Source of the DNA: Clostridia bacterium
GTDB taxonomy: Bacteria; Bacillota; Clostridia; Christensenellales; Borkfalkiaceae
Length of the DNA: 64,000 bases
Direction: 5' to 3'
Assembly (NCBI GenBank): GCA_017504465.1
Contig: JAFVRE010000051.1
Span: forward strand, 5,218-69,217
The notes under the pieces were generated by a model. That model saw only the letters and a list, made by a program, of their open reading frames with translations. It had not been told where the DNA came from and did no database searches. The position numbers were made by a program, and so were the translations under genes. Shown piece by piece: positions 46,687 to 55,703 of the stretch. Position 1 is the stretch's first letter. Each line of letters begins with the position of its first letter.

Positions 46687-49600
46687 TTACACGATTTGAT
46701 TGTTTTCATTGAGTACAAATTGATTGATTAGACTAATGATATAGTCTTTCGTGTATAAGCCTTTTTCAACACCGATCTTCATAATAGGAATATTATATTC
46801 GTCAAAGACGGAAATGCCGCAATATTCTTCCCATTCGTCATAAGTGTACAATCCATAGAACGCAATATCTGCTTGCATTTTAGCGCTATCATAAACCAAG
46901 TTATCGCCAAAATCAAAAGTATTGATAATATCAACCAAAACGTGAGTAACGCTTAAGGTATCTTCGGCAACGTAGTTCAATGTTCCTTCGCTTACAATAT
47001 CGTACTTATAGCCGTCATCATGGTATTCTGAAACAACGTTAACTAATTTCTTAGTGGTAATATTGCCTTGCGTGTCAATCGCAACAAAATCGTGTCCTAT
47101 AAATTCATGATAATTTTCATGGGAAATATTAACGTATTTGTTGAGATTTAAGTCAAAGATACCATGTTCGTTAATGGTCGCCAATTTCGTACCGTCGTCA
47201 AATACAAAGGTGTTCTTATAATATGCGCTTTGCGTTCTAACAACAATAATAACTTGCCGATAAACGATTTGACCTGTTAAGTGGTCGAAAGACATAACCA
47301 TATTACCCTTGCGCAAATCTTCGACCGCTTTTTTACTGCCGTCCGCAAGCGTAATCAATGTCCCAGCTGCAAGACAGGTGTTAGATTTATCAGTTCCAAT
47401 TATGGTGTAGCTATAGGTTTTGCCAGACTCAATTTTTACATTATTAACGGTAGGGGGAGGGGAAGAGGTAGAAGTATTTTTCAAGTTTGTAATCGAAAGA
47501 GTTGAATCTGGTAACAAATAAAGTTCATATGTTTTTGATTCCACTTTTAGATTGTGAGATATGTCCGTTGAGCTACCGTTTTGAACGTAAGTAATGGTAA
47601 AGGTAGGATAGTCGCCGCTACTACCTTGGTTGGCGATGATTTCCACAGTGCCTTTCTTGGGCCAAAGAGCATAAAGATTAAGGGTAAGACAATTGTAGGG
47701 ATTTAATTCGGCATTATCAAATGTTACGAAATTGGTAGTTGCTATTGTTTCAACTTTCTTCGTCGCATCTCCGCTTACTGTCGTCCAACCATCAAAGTAG
47801 TTGGCAATACCAGTATTCGTATTATCGGCTGTTAGCGTGGATTTGAGCTCAGTTAAATAACCATTTATTTCAGTGGGAAATTGGCTTTCCATAAGATATA
47901 CGTCTTTGCCTGTAACTTTTTGCGAAGAGGATGTAGGATCTCCCTCTGAAGGGTATAAGATGAAATGATATTTAAGAGCCCAACTTGCGTATAACGTGAT
48001 ATCACTCGTTAAATGCTGAGCCTTATCAAAAAGAACTTCTTCTCCCGTGGCTTCGTCTATAATATACCACCCAAGGAATTGCTTTGGATAGGTGGTTGTT
48101 TCATTTAAGGTTTTTGTTTTATCTACAGGGTTATAAAACGAAGGCGGGGCGTACGTGTCAGCTTTCGTGCTGGCAACGCTCTCTTCTAAAGGCGTGTTTG
48201 CCACTTCGTCGTCATCGTTATTAAGCACGTAAGTGATGTTATAAATTACTGCGTTTTTGTCAAGCCAAGCACCGTAAAGGGTAAGAGGATTTGCCGTTGC
48301 ATCTTCTTCGCTTACGCCTTCAAGAAGAGCCTCTCCGTCAATTGCGGTAATCTTCTGCGTTAATGCTTCGTCTAAATACCAACCGTCAAACTTAAATTCT
48401 TCCCACGTTGGAGCTACGAGTCTTTCAAAGAAGTCTGCGTGATATTCGGTGGGGTTGGGGTTTGTAGGCGTGGACGTAATACCCGTCGTATCAACAAATT
48501 CTGAAGTAATTACGTAATTGATATTATAGTAGGGTTCCTTAGGTTTCCAGTTTGCCCAAAGGTCAGCGTTTACATACGTTACCTGTCCGACGGGATCTTC
48601 GCCGTTTAAGGTCCACCCGTCGAAAGTGTAATGTTCGCGTGTAGGCGTAACGGTGGGAAGGTCACTTTCCTGAATGGTATAACCGCCGTCAACAGTATGT
48701 TCGATGGTGTTAGGTGCGGTAGCGAAAGTACCGCCGTTTGCGTTGTAAGAAATAACTTTTGTTTTTGAATACCATTTTCCATTCAATACGTTATATTCTC
48801 CCTTGGGGAGAATTGTGTCGTCAAGGGCAACGGTATCTCCTTGGGCAGTCAAAGTACTTTCTTTATTGGTAAAATATTCAATACCAGTATAACCCATAGA
48901 AACATTATAAGTTATAAAAAGGACGGTAACAGGTATTTTTATGGATTGTCCAGTGATTACACCGCGGATTTCTTTAGAAATAACAGAGTTGGATTCCGTG
49001 ATGTTTAAAACAGCATTTTCATTGCTTGTGTCTATCGAACCGCCAATATTCGCAACGTTTAAAATCCCGTTCATCATAAACAGCGCGGGTGTTTGGGTTG
49101 TATAGTGATTATCATAACCATTCTTAAACAAATCGTTGTTTGCGTAAACGGCAATCGAGCTTGCATTGAGCGTTACCCCTTCGTTGACCGTTAATTTGGA
49201 TCCAGGGAGCAATTTAAATTTTTGTTTCGTAGCATCTACCGTGGTGGCTACTACGTTATTGTTTTCATCTACGGTAGGGTTTAAACTAACGTCGAAATAG
49301 TCGGAGATAGGGAAGAAGACGCTTGTCGTTGCAAGTGTAACGTTCATATTTACCGTAATACTTGAAGCTGTTTTCGTAACCTTTAAAGTTAAGCCCATAG
49401 GGTTTAACTGCATATCCCCATAAATATCCAAATCCATTTTACGGGTAGAATAATCGTATTTGCTGACAAGGTAGCTGCTTTCTTTTTGTAGGGTGATTAA
49501 CGCTGTTGAGCTGGAGATAACGTCAACAATGATATCATTGTCTTCGCCGTTTGCATACAAGTTTGCAAGGGCTTTAACGTTTGCATTATAGTTCACGGTT

Positions 49601-50757
49601 GTTTTAGCCGTAATAGTGGCAATGAAGAAACGGTTAAAGGGTGGGGTTTGTAAACTGTCGTAATCATACGTTCCCACGTTTGGATCAATACCCTTCACTG
49701 CAGCTTCACCAATTTTTTTACGAACGGTTGCATTTCCAGGATCAATCAAACCAAAATAAGCCGAGCCGCCACGGTGTTCCACTACGGAGAAGACAACTGT
49801 TACCGCGCCGCTTTCTGCGATAAATTCCGAACCATTATCTTTGGACGTCTCGTTAATAAAGCCGTAGCAAGTGATTGTTCCCGTATTTGTTAAAATGGAG
49901 CTTGCCCCTAAATTGATTTGTCCGTGCCTACCTGCCGTAACGGAGTTTGCGCTTTCAGGTTCACTTCTATGCATTTCAGCGCTACCGCCCGAAACTTCGC
50001 CTGCTATATTAATCGTACCGGCGTTTGAAATTTGAAGTCCGTCCGCTACGTAAAGCTGGTTATTCAAATAAATGGAATTACCAAAAGAGCTTTTTCGATA
50101 AGCGGTAGAAGACGTGGTAACGAACGCAAGTGTCGTATCCATCGCGTCGGTTGCATAGGGCAAAGCCAAAGTAACACCGGACTTAATTTCCGTTGTCGTT
50201 TCAATAGTTTTTGCGCTTTTTGCCCGAAGTGTATCGACTTCATATCCCAAAGGCAAAGAATATACAGTACCCGGGCTTGCATTTGCCGCTGCCAACGCTC
50301 CGTCTATTGTGGAATAGTACGTGTCGCCAAATTTTGCAACGGGAAGTAGAGTAGTGGTAATACTCGTAGAAATAGGAAGAGCGAGATAACCGTCAGGGGC
50401 AGGTGTTTCCGTGGAAAAAGTAAGTTTTACCGTTTGATTTTCAATGGATTCACTCGTTGAAGAAGCGCTAACTTTTTCTACTGTCCAAGTACCCTTGCTA
50501 ATGGTGGACGTATCGCTGTCATTACTATATTGAACAACAACCCCCGAAACCGTTGTTCCTTCCGAAGAAATTTTTTCGCCTGCATAACAGCTACTTACAA
50601 CAGGGGTACCTTGGATTTTAAGCGTATAAACGGAGAGTTGGTTAGGATTTCCCGAAAGGGGTGGAATTGTTATCGGGGAAAACCAAACAGCCCCGCCGAT
50701 AGAACACAGCAGAGCTAAAATGGAAAAACAAATTATAAGAAAGTACTTTTTCTTCAT
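46687..50757 (-). CDS. 1356-aa secreted/surface protein: N-terminal signal-anchor, beta-rich region, Listeria-Bacteroides (Flg_new) repeats, C-terminal Hint (bacterial intein-like) domain plus an 84-aa tail
   Basis: N-terminus MKKKYFLIICFSILALLC. Repeats of the form Y.ANGG...P.R..Y.FDGW at aa 667-1033. Hint block A CLAAGTLITLADG (Cys1128) and block B TINEHGIF. Confidence 0.85.
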   Translation of the reverse strand: MKKKYFLIICFSILALLCSIGGAVWFSPITIPPLSGNPNQLSVYTLKIQGTPVVSSCYAGEKISSEGTTVSGVVVQYSNDSDTSTISKGTWTVEKVSASSTSESIENQTVKLTFSTETPAPDGYLALPISTSITTTLLPVAKFGDTYYSTIDGALAAANASPGTVYSLPLGYEVDTLRAKSAKTIETTTEIKSGVTLALPYATDAMDTTLAFVTTSSTAYRKSSFGNSIYLNNQLYVADGLQISNAGTINIAGEVSGGSAEMHRSEPESANSVTAGRHGQINLGASSILTNTGTITCYGFINETSKDNGSEFIAESGAVTVVFSVVEHRGGSAYFGLIDPGNATVRKKIGEAAVKGIDPNVGTYDYDSLQTPPFNRFFIATITAKTTVNYNANVKALANLYANGEDNDIIVDVISSSTALITLQKESSYLVSKYDYSTRKMDLDIYGDMQLNPMGLTLKVTKTASSITVNMNVTLATTSVFFPISDYFDVSLNPTVDENNNVVATTVDATKQKFKLLPGSKLTVNEGVTLNASSIAVYANNDLFKNGYDNHYTTQTPALFMMNGILNVANIGGSIDTSNENAVLNITESNSVISKEIRGVITGQSIKIPVTVLFITYNVSMGYTGIEYFTNKESTLTAQGDTVALDDTILPKGEYNVLNGKWYSKTKVISYNANGGTFATAPNTIEHTVDGGYTIQESDLPTVTPTREHYTFDGWTLNGEDPVGQVTYVNADLWANWKPKEPYYNINYVITSEFVDTTGITSTPTNPNPTEYHADFFERLVAPTWEEFKFDGWYLDEALTQKITAIDGEALLEGVSEEDATANPLTLYGAWLDKNAVIYNITYVLNNDDDEVANTPLEESVASTKADTYAPPSFYNPVDKTKTLNETTTYPKQFLGWYIIDEATGEEVLFDKAQHLTSDITLYASWALKYHFILYPSEGDPTSSSQKVTGKDVYLMESQFPTEINGYLTELKSTLTADNTNTGIANYFDGWTTVSGDATKKVETIATTNFVTFDNAELNPYNCLTLNLYALWPKKGTVEIIANQGSSGDYPTFTITYVQNGSSTDISHNLKVESKTYELYLLPDSTLSITNLKNTSTSSPPPTVNNVKIESGKTYSYTIIGTDKSNTCLAAGTLITLADGSKKAVEDLRKGNMVMSFDHLTGQIVYRQVIIVVRTQSAYYKNTFVFDDGTKLATINEHGIFDLNLNKYVNISHENYHEFIGHDFVAIDTQGNITTKKLVNVVSEYHDDGYKYDIVSEGTLNYVAEDTLSVTHVLVDIINTFDFGDNLVYDSAKMQADIAFYGLYTYDEWEEYCGISVFDEYNIPIMKIGVEKGLYTKDYIISLINQFVLNENNQIV

Positions 50758-50769
50758 AATATTCCCTCG

Positions 50770-51417
50770 TTAAACAGCCGTTTCGGTGTGCATAAGCCGT
50801 GACGAAACGTAAAATTCGAAATTATCAAGATCGCCGATTGCTTCGTAAAAGGCGGAGTAGTTTTTAATCGTGAAAGTAAAGTTCATCGCAAGAGTAACTT
50901 TTTCTTCCGTAGAATTTAAAATATCATTCAAAACTGCCGTAAAACGATAGCTTACGTTGGAATAGGCAGCGGATTGACAGGTTAACGTGGTAGTGCCAAG
51001 GCTTGCGCTTTGGGCGTACGTGCAGTTTTCGCCGAATAGAGATTCGGTTGTGCCTGAATACGTTAAAGTTGATTCAACGGAAACAGACGTTAAATCATAG
51101 CCTTCAAAATGCGTTTTCAAGGCTTGCGGATATACTGAAAAATATGCCGTAACCGTAGCCGTTGTATCGATACTTCCATGCGTTCCGTCAGCGTTTTTAT
51201 GTACAATCCCGTTTGCGTTATAGTCAAAGCATTCAACCGCATCAAGCGTGACAAGCTTAGTGACGTCGTCAGGCGGAGACATGATAGCGTCCGAATTAAT
51301 CGTACCATTGACAGTTTCAACGATCTTATTTGTAATTGACCACGACGAAAAGCCGACGCTAAACAGCGTCAGGGAAATCAAAAAGGCTATTAAGCTGATT
51401 TTCCATTTACTTATCAT
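50770..51417 (-). CDS. 215-aa exported or membrane-anchored protein, first gene of the operon
   Basis: N-terminal helix ISLIAFLISLTLFSVGF. Only 12 nt before the giant gene. T/S-rich beta-type sequence. Confidence 0.65.
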   Translation of the reverse strand: MISKWKISLIAFLISLTLFSVGFSSWSITNKIVETVNGTINSDAIMSPPDDVTKLVTLDAVECFDYNANGIVHKNADGTHGSIDTTATVTAYFSVYPQALKTHFEGYDLTSVSVESTLTYSGTTESLFGENCTYAQSASLGTTTLTCQSAAYSNVSYRFTAVLNDILNSTEEKVTLAMNFTFTIKNYSAFYEAIGDLDNFEFYVSSRLMHTETAV

Positions 51418-51500
51418 GTCGTTCTCCGTTTGTTGCCGAGTCGTTTTTTTGGAAAAAATTTCCTTTTCACGTTATACGCAGTATAACATGAATTTTATTT

Positions 51501-51530
51501 ATTATAGCATGATGAAATCCACGTTGTCAA
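51501..51530 (-). promoter_or_regulatory. promoter of the minus-strand operon
   Basis: Minus strand reads TTGACA, 18-nt spacer, TATAAT. Confidence 0.6.
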
Positions 51531-51580
51531 GTGAAAATACAAAAAAATTGTAATTTCCATTTTTTTCATTGCCGACCGTG

Positions 51581-51610
51581 TTGACTTTTTAGATGAAAAT
51601 GTTGTATAAT
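51581..51610 (+). promoter_or_regulatory. promoter of mutY
   Basis: TTGACT, 18-nt spacer, TATAAT. Confidence 0.6.
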
Positions 51611-51643
51611 TTTATATGTAAAGCGTAGATTTTAGGAGTTGAA

Positions 51644-52696
51644 ATGTTATTCACGACCGACAATTTTGAGTTTAGTCGCATACCTGCCCCCTTGATTTCG
51701 TGGTATCACGAGAATAAGCGGGATCTTCTTTGGCGAAAGAGCGCCGATCCTTACAAGGTATGGGTGTCCGAGATTATGTTACAGCAAACGCGCGTGGAAG
51801 CGGTAAAAGAATATTACGCGAGATTTTTAAACGCCTTGCCCGACGTTTTTGCTTTGGCGAGTTGTCAAGAAGAGCTTTTATTGAAGCTTTGGGAAGGTTT
51901 GGGGTATTACAGTCGGGCGCGGAATTTACAAAAAACCGCAAAAATAATCGTATCGGAATACGCGGGGAAATTCCCTGAAAGCAAAGCGGAGTTATTGAAA
52001 TTACCGGGCGTGGGGGAATACACGGCAGGCGCGATTGCCTCGATTGCTTTATATAAGCGCGAGCCGGCGGTGGACGGGAACGTTTTTCGCGTGATTTCGC
52101 GTTTGAGCGAGAATCCAACGGATATTTCCGAGCCGAAATACCGCGGATATATTACCGAGAAATTACGAGAAGTTTATCCGCCTGAAGGCGTTCTTTGCAG
52201 CGACTTTACGCAGGCACTAATGGAGCTTGGCGCGACTGTTTGTAAACCGCAATCGCCCGAGTGCGAGCGTTGCCCGCTTGCCGAGATTTGTTTGAGCAGG
52301 GCGAACGGAACGCAGGAAAAATTCCCTGTTTTGCCCGAGAAAAAATCAAAACGCAGGGAGCAGGTATGCGTTCTTTTAATAAAAACTCCGTTTGGGATCG
52401 CCATTCGCAAACGTGAACAAGGGGTTTTGAAGGGTATGTACGAATTTCCGTCTTTTGTGGGATTAAGCGCGGAAGAAGGATTAAAGGAACTCGGTATTTC
52501 AAGTTATAAACTGATAAAAAAATCCAAAGCCACGCATATTTTCACGCATATTGTATGGGATCTGCAAATTTCGCTTATCGAAACGGAAAAAGTGAATTTA
52601 CCGACGTATTCACTTACGGAAATTAAAGAAAAAATCTCATTGCCGACGGCATTTCGTCAATGCTTAAAGGTTTTCGACGGACTGGAAGGTGTATGA
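51644..52696 (+). CDS. mutY: A/G-specific adenine DNA glycosylase
   Basis: HhH-GPD region LPGVGEYTAGAI. 4Fe-4S cluster C.{6}C..C.{5}C (CKPQSPECERCPLAEIC). Nudix-like C-terminal domain. Confidence 0.9.
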   Translation: MLFTTDNFEFSRIPAPLISWYHENKRDLLWRKSADPYKVWVSEIMLQQTRVEAVKEYYARFLNALPDVFALASCQEELLLKLWEGLGYYSRARNLQKTAKIIVSEYAGKFPESKAELLKLPGVGEYTAGAIASIALYKREPAVDGNVFRVISRLSENPTDISEPKYRGYITEKLREVYPPEGVLCSDFTQALMELGATVCKPQSPECERCPLAEICLSRANGTQEKFPVLPEKKSKRREQVCVLLIKTPFGIAIRKREQGVLKGMYEFPSFVGLSAEEGLKELGISSYKLIKKSKATHIFTHIVWDLQISLIETEKVNLPTYSLTEIKEKISLPTAFRQCLKVFDGLEGV

Positions 52697-53160
52697 TGAA
52701 GAAACTTAAGCTTGATTTTGAACTTGTACCCGAAGAGCTTTGGTATGCAAATCTCCGCAGTATGCTTTCGCCTCAAGACTGGGACGTGGTACGCCGCGAC
52801 GCATACAAACGTGCGGGGCATAAGTGCAGGATTTGCGGCGCGGGCGGTAGAATGGAAGCGCACGAAAAGTGGAGTTATGACGATGAGCTTGCTTTGCAAA
52901 AGCTTGACGACGTGTTGGCGCTTTGTCATAACTGTCACTTGGTTAAACATATCGGCAGAGCCCAACTCGTTGGACAAGAAGGCGCGGCGATGGAGCATTT
53001 TATGAAAGTAAATCGCTGTTCGCAAATGGATTATCACGAGGCGCTTGCAAAAGTCAATGAAGAGTATGCGCGTCGCAATAAAATTGAAGGCTGGACGACG
53101 GACGTATCTTGGCTAAAAACAAGATTTGGCTTGGATATTAGACTGTCGTATAGGAGATAA
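52693..53160 (+). CDS. HNH-like zinc-finger protein of unknown function (ATGA overlap with the mutY stop)
   Basis: CRICG...EAHEKWSYDD...LCHNCHLVKH arrangement resembles HNH/His-Me finger nucleases. Confidence 0.6.
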   Translation: MMKKLKLDFELVPEELWYANLRSMLSPQDWDVVRRDAYKRAGHKCRICGAGGRMEAHEKWSYDDELALQKLDDVLALCHNCHLVKHIGRAQLVGQEGAAMEHFMKVNRCSQMDYHEALAKVNEEYARRNKIEGWTTDVSWLKTRFGLDIRLSYRR

Positions 53161-53176
53161 TAGGAGGAAATTTATT

Positions 53177-53797
53177 ATGAAAGTTATGTTAGTGAACGGT
53201 AGCCCTCACGAAAAGGGCTGCACATATACCGCGCTTTGCGAAATTGCAAAGGCATTGAACGGCGAGGGCGTGGAAACGGAAATCTTTTGGATAGGTAAGC
53301 AAGCGATCGGCGGCTGTTGGGGTTGCGGAGCATGCAGAAAAGGTGCGGGGAAATGCGTGCAAAAAGATTGCGTAAACGAGTTCGTAGAAAAAGCAAAGAC
53401 GAGCGACGGATTCGTCTTCGGTTCACCTGTGCATTACGCGTCTATGTCCGGCGCGCTCACTTCCTTTATGGACAGAGCGTTTTACAGCGGCAGTAAGGCG
53501 TTTCAATACAAACCCGGGGCAGCAGTGGCGAGTTGTCGTCGCGGCGGCGCAAGCGCAACCTTTGATCAAATGAATAAATACTTCACAATTTCAAATATGC
53601 CTATCGTTTCGGGGAATTACTGGAATCAGGTCCACGGCAACACCCCTGAAGAAGTTTTGCAGGATTTAGAAGGCTTACAAACCATGCGCTATTTAGGTTA
53701 TAATATGGCTTGGCTTTTGAAATGTATGGAGCTTGGGAAGCAGTCTGGGCTCACCCCCAAAAAAGAAGAAAAAATCCGCACGAATTTTATTCGCTAA
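53177..53797 (+). CDS. flavodoxin-like fold FMN reductase / iron-sulfur flavoprotein-like protein (start after AGGAGG)
   Basis: N-terminal MLVNGSPHEKG, cysteine cluster CWGCGAC..C, GSPVHY motif. Confidence 0.8.
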   Translation: MKVMLVNGSPHEKGCTYTALCEIAKALNGEGVETEIFWIGKQAIGGCWGCGACRKGAGKCVQKDCVNEFVEKAKTSDGFVFGSPVHYASMSGALTSFMDRAFYSGSKAFQYKPGAAVASCRRGGASATFDQMNKYFTISNMPIVSGNYWNQVHGNTPEEVLQDLEGLQTMRYLGYNMAWLLKCMELGKQSGLTPKKEEKIRTNFIR

Positions 53798-53834
53798 TAA
53801 AAAGGCTCTTACGTAGCCGTAAAACCTTAACGGA

Positions 53835-53880
53835 AACAGTCTTGAACGACAAAAAACGCGCGTTCAGGGCTGTTTTTATT
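53835..53880 (+). terminator. rho-independent terminator after the flavoprotein gene
   Basis: 14-bp stem (two G-U pairs) aacagtcttgaacg/cgttcagggctgtt followed by a T-run. Confidence 0.75.
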
Positions 53881-53909
53881 TTGAAATCGTAAAAAGATAG
53901 CGCAAAGTA

Positions 53910-53938
53910 TTGCATTTTATAAAAAAGTATGCTAAAAT
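53910..53938 (+). promoter_or_regulatory. promoter of the acyltransferase gene
   Basis: TTGCAT, 17-nt spacer, TAAAAT. Confidence 0.55.
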
Positions 53939-53979
53939 AATATTAAGTATGCTTAACAAAACAATAAAAGAGGAAGAAT

Positions 53980-55245
53980 ATGAAAGTTAAGGTAAAAGAA
54001 GCGAATATAGAGCAGGTTTTAGCGATAAAGCCAAAGAAGAAAAGGGTGAAAAAGCCGAATATTATTTTTCGAACGCTATTAAAAATAATCTCACTGCCCA
54101 GTCTGATGTCCGTTAAATTCAAGTGTGAAAGGGTAGGAATGGAACGGCTTGGAAAAAAGGAACAATGTTTGATTTTAATGAATCATTCAAGCTTTATTGA
54201 CCTTGAAATTCTTTCGTCGATTTTCTATCCCCGTCCGATCAATATAGTAACGACGTTCGACGCGTTTATCGGGAAGGATTGGCTAATGCGTCAAATCGGC
54301 TGTCTTGAAACGAAAAAATTTACCACGGGCGCAGGGCTTTTGCGAGATATGTCTTATGCATTAAACAAATTGAAAACGTCCATTTTAATCTTCCCGGAAG
54401 CCGGGTATTCCTTGGACGGAAGAGCAACGGTTTTGCCTGATAGCTTGGGGAAATGCTTAAAGTTCTTTAAAGTACCAGTTGTGACGGTAATCACGGACGG
54501 TGCGTTTGCAAGACAACCTCTGTATAACAATTTACGAAAAAGAAAAGTGCCCGTTACCGCAAAGATGGAATATCTCTTCTCCCCTGAAGATATTAAAGAA
54601 AAAAGCGTAGAGCAATTAAATGCAATCATTCGCGAAAAATTCTCTTTTGACAACTTTAAGAATCAAAAAGAGAACGGACTGATCATCGCCGACGAGAACC
54701 GTGCGGAAGGTTTACATAGAGTTCTCTATAAATGCCCGAACTGTCTTACCGAAGGGGAAACGGTGGGGGCAGGTACGAGAGTAACGTGTAAACACTGTCA
54801 AAAGGAATATGAACTTACCGAGCTTGGCGAAATTCAAGCAGTAGGGGCGGATACAGAGTTTTCGAGTGTTTCTGAGTGGGTTGACTGGGAACGCGATTGC
54901 GTAAAAAGGGAAATCGAAGGGGGCAGGTACGCGTTCAATGAGCCTGTTGATATTCGAGTCATGGTGGATACAAAGACGATTTATTCGGTGGGCGAAGGTG
55001 CGCTTAAACACGACGAGAACGGATTTGTATTGACGGGCTGTGGCGGAAAGCTGGAGTATAAGCAAAGCGCGACGGCGATTTACACAATCAACGCGGATTT
55101 TTACTGGTATCAAATTGCAGACACCATTAATATCGGGGATTTGAACGTGCAATATTTCTGCTTCCCGAAATCTGACAAAGTGAGCGTCTTTAAAGCAAGG
55201 CTTGCAACCGAAGAACTTTATAAACTCAAAAGACAAAATCCATAA
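53980..55245 (+). CDS. lysophospholipid (PlsC-type) acyltransferase family protein with a C-terminal zinc-ribbon extension
   Basis: HX4D motif NHSSFID, FPEAG motif, CPNC...CKHC ribbon. Confidence 0.8.
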   Translation: MKVKVKEANIEQVLAIKPKKKRVKKPNIIFRTLLKIISLPSLMSVKFKCERVGMERLGKKEQCLILMNHSSFIDLEILSSIFYPRPINIVTTFDAFIGKDWLMRQIGCLETKKFTTGAGLLRDMSYALNKLKTSILIFPEAGYSLDGRATVLPDSLGKCLKFFKVPVVTVITDGAFARQPLYNNLRKRKVPVTAKMEYLFSPEDIKEKSVEQLNAIIREKFSFDNFKNQKENGLIIADENRAEGLHRVLYKCPNCLTEGETVGAGTRVTCKHCQKEYELTELGEIQAVGADTEFSSVSEWVDWERDCVKREIEGGRYAFNEPVDIRVMVDTKTIYSVGEGALKHDENGFVLTGCGGKLEYKQSATAIYTINADFYWYQIADTINIGDLNVQYFCFPKSDKVSVFKARLATEELYKLKRQNP

Positions 55246-55340
55246 AAGTTGCATAAAGAATAGATAAAAAAGAAAGCCTTGGCGATTCGCCGAGGCTTTC
55301 CATATTCAATTATGCGAACAAGCTGATTATAAGAAATCAG

Positions 55341-55508
55341 TTATTCGTTCGCGGGTACGGTTTTTAGACGCTCAATCGTTCGCTTGACGGTTCGTCGAAC
55401 GGTTATCAATTTCTTGATAAGCGCGCCCAAAATCCGTTTGAGTAACTCCAAAAGGAGTACGTCAACTTTGCACAACCGTAAAACCTTAACAACTTCGAGA
55501 ACTTTCAT
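55341..55508 (-). CDS. unannotated 55-aa basic helical small protein (below the 60-aa cut-off of the supplied track)
   Basis: Minus strand reads AAAGGAGGTAAACTT-ATG. Translation is MKVLEVVKVLRLCKVDVLLLELLKRILGALIKKLITVRRTVKRTIERLKTVPANE. A hairpin overlaps the stop. TTGACA with a TATACT-like -10 lies upstream. Confidence 0.5.
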   Translation of the reverse strand: MKVLEVVKVLRLCKVDVLLLELLKRILGALIKKLITVRRTVKRTIERLKTVPANE

Positions 55509-55703
55509 AAGTTTACCTCCTTTGACGGGTACTACAAGGAGATATCGGTTTTCGGTCGTTGGTTTTCGCTTATGGAGCTTGTCGTTTGATTATAGTATAT
55601 ACCTTATTTTTCCTTTGTCAATAACCTACTGCCAAGTTTTTTTAAAAAGATAAGCAAAACGACGCCGTGGTTACACGCGCTTTTTTATAAAAATACAGTT
55701 CGC

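Noticed and set aside
55384-55653. 89-aa + strand ORF in the acyltransferase-argH spacer.
   Set aside because: It has no SD, starts with TTG and has an odd composition. The opposite strand carries a short ORF with a near-perfect SD and its own promoter and terminator signals.
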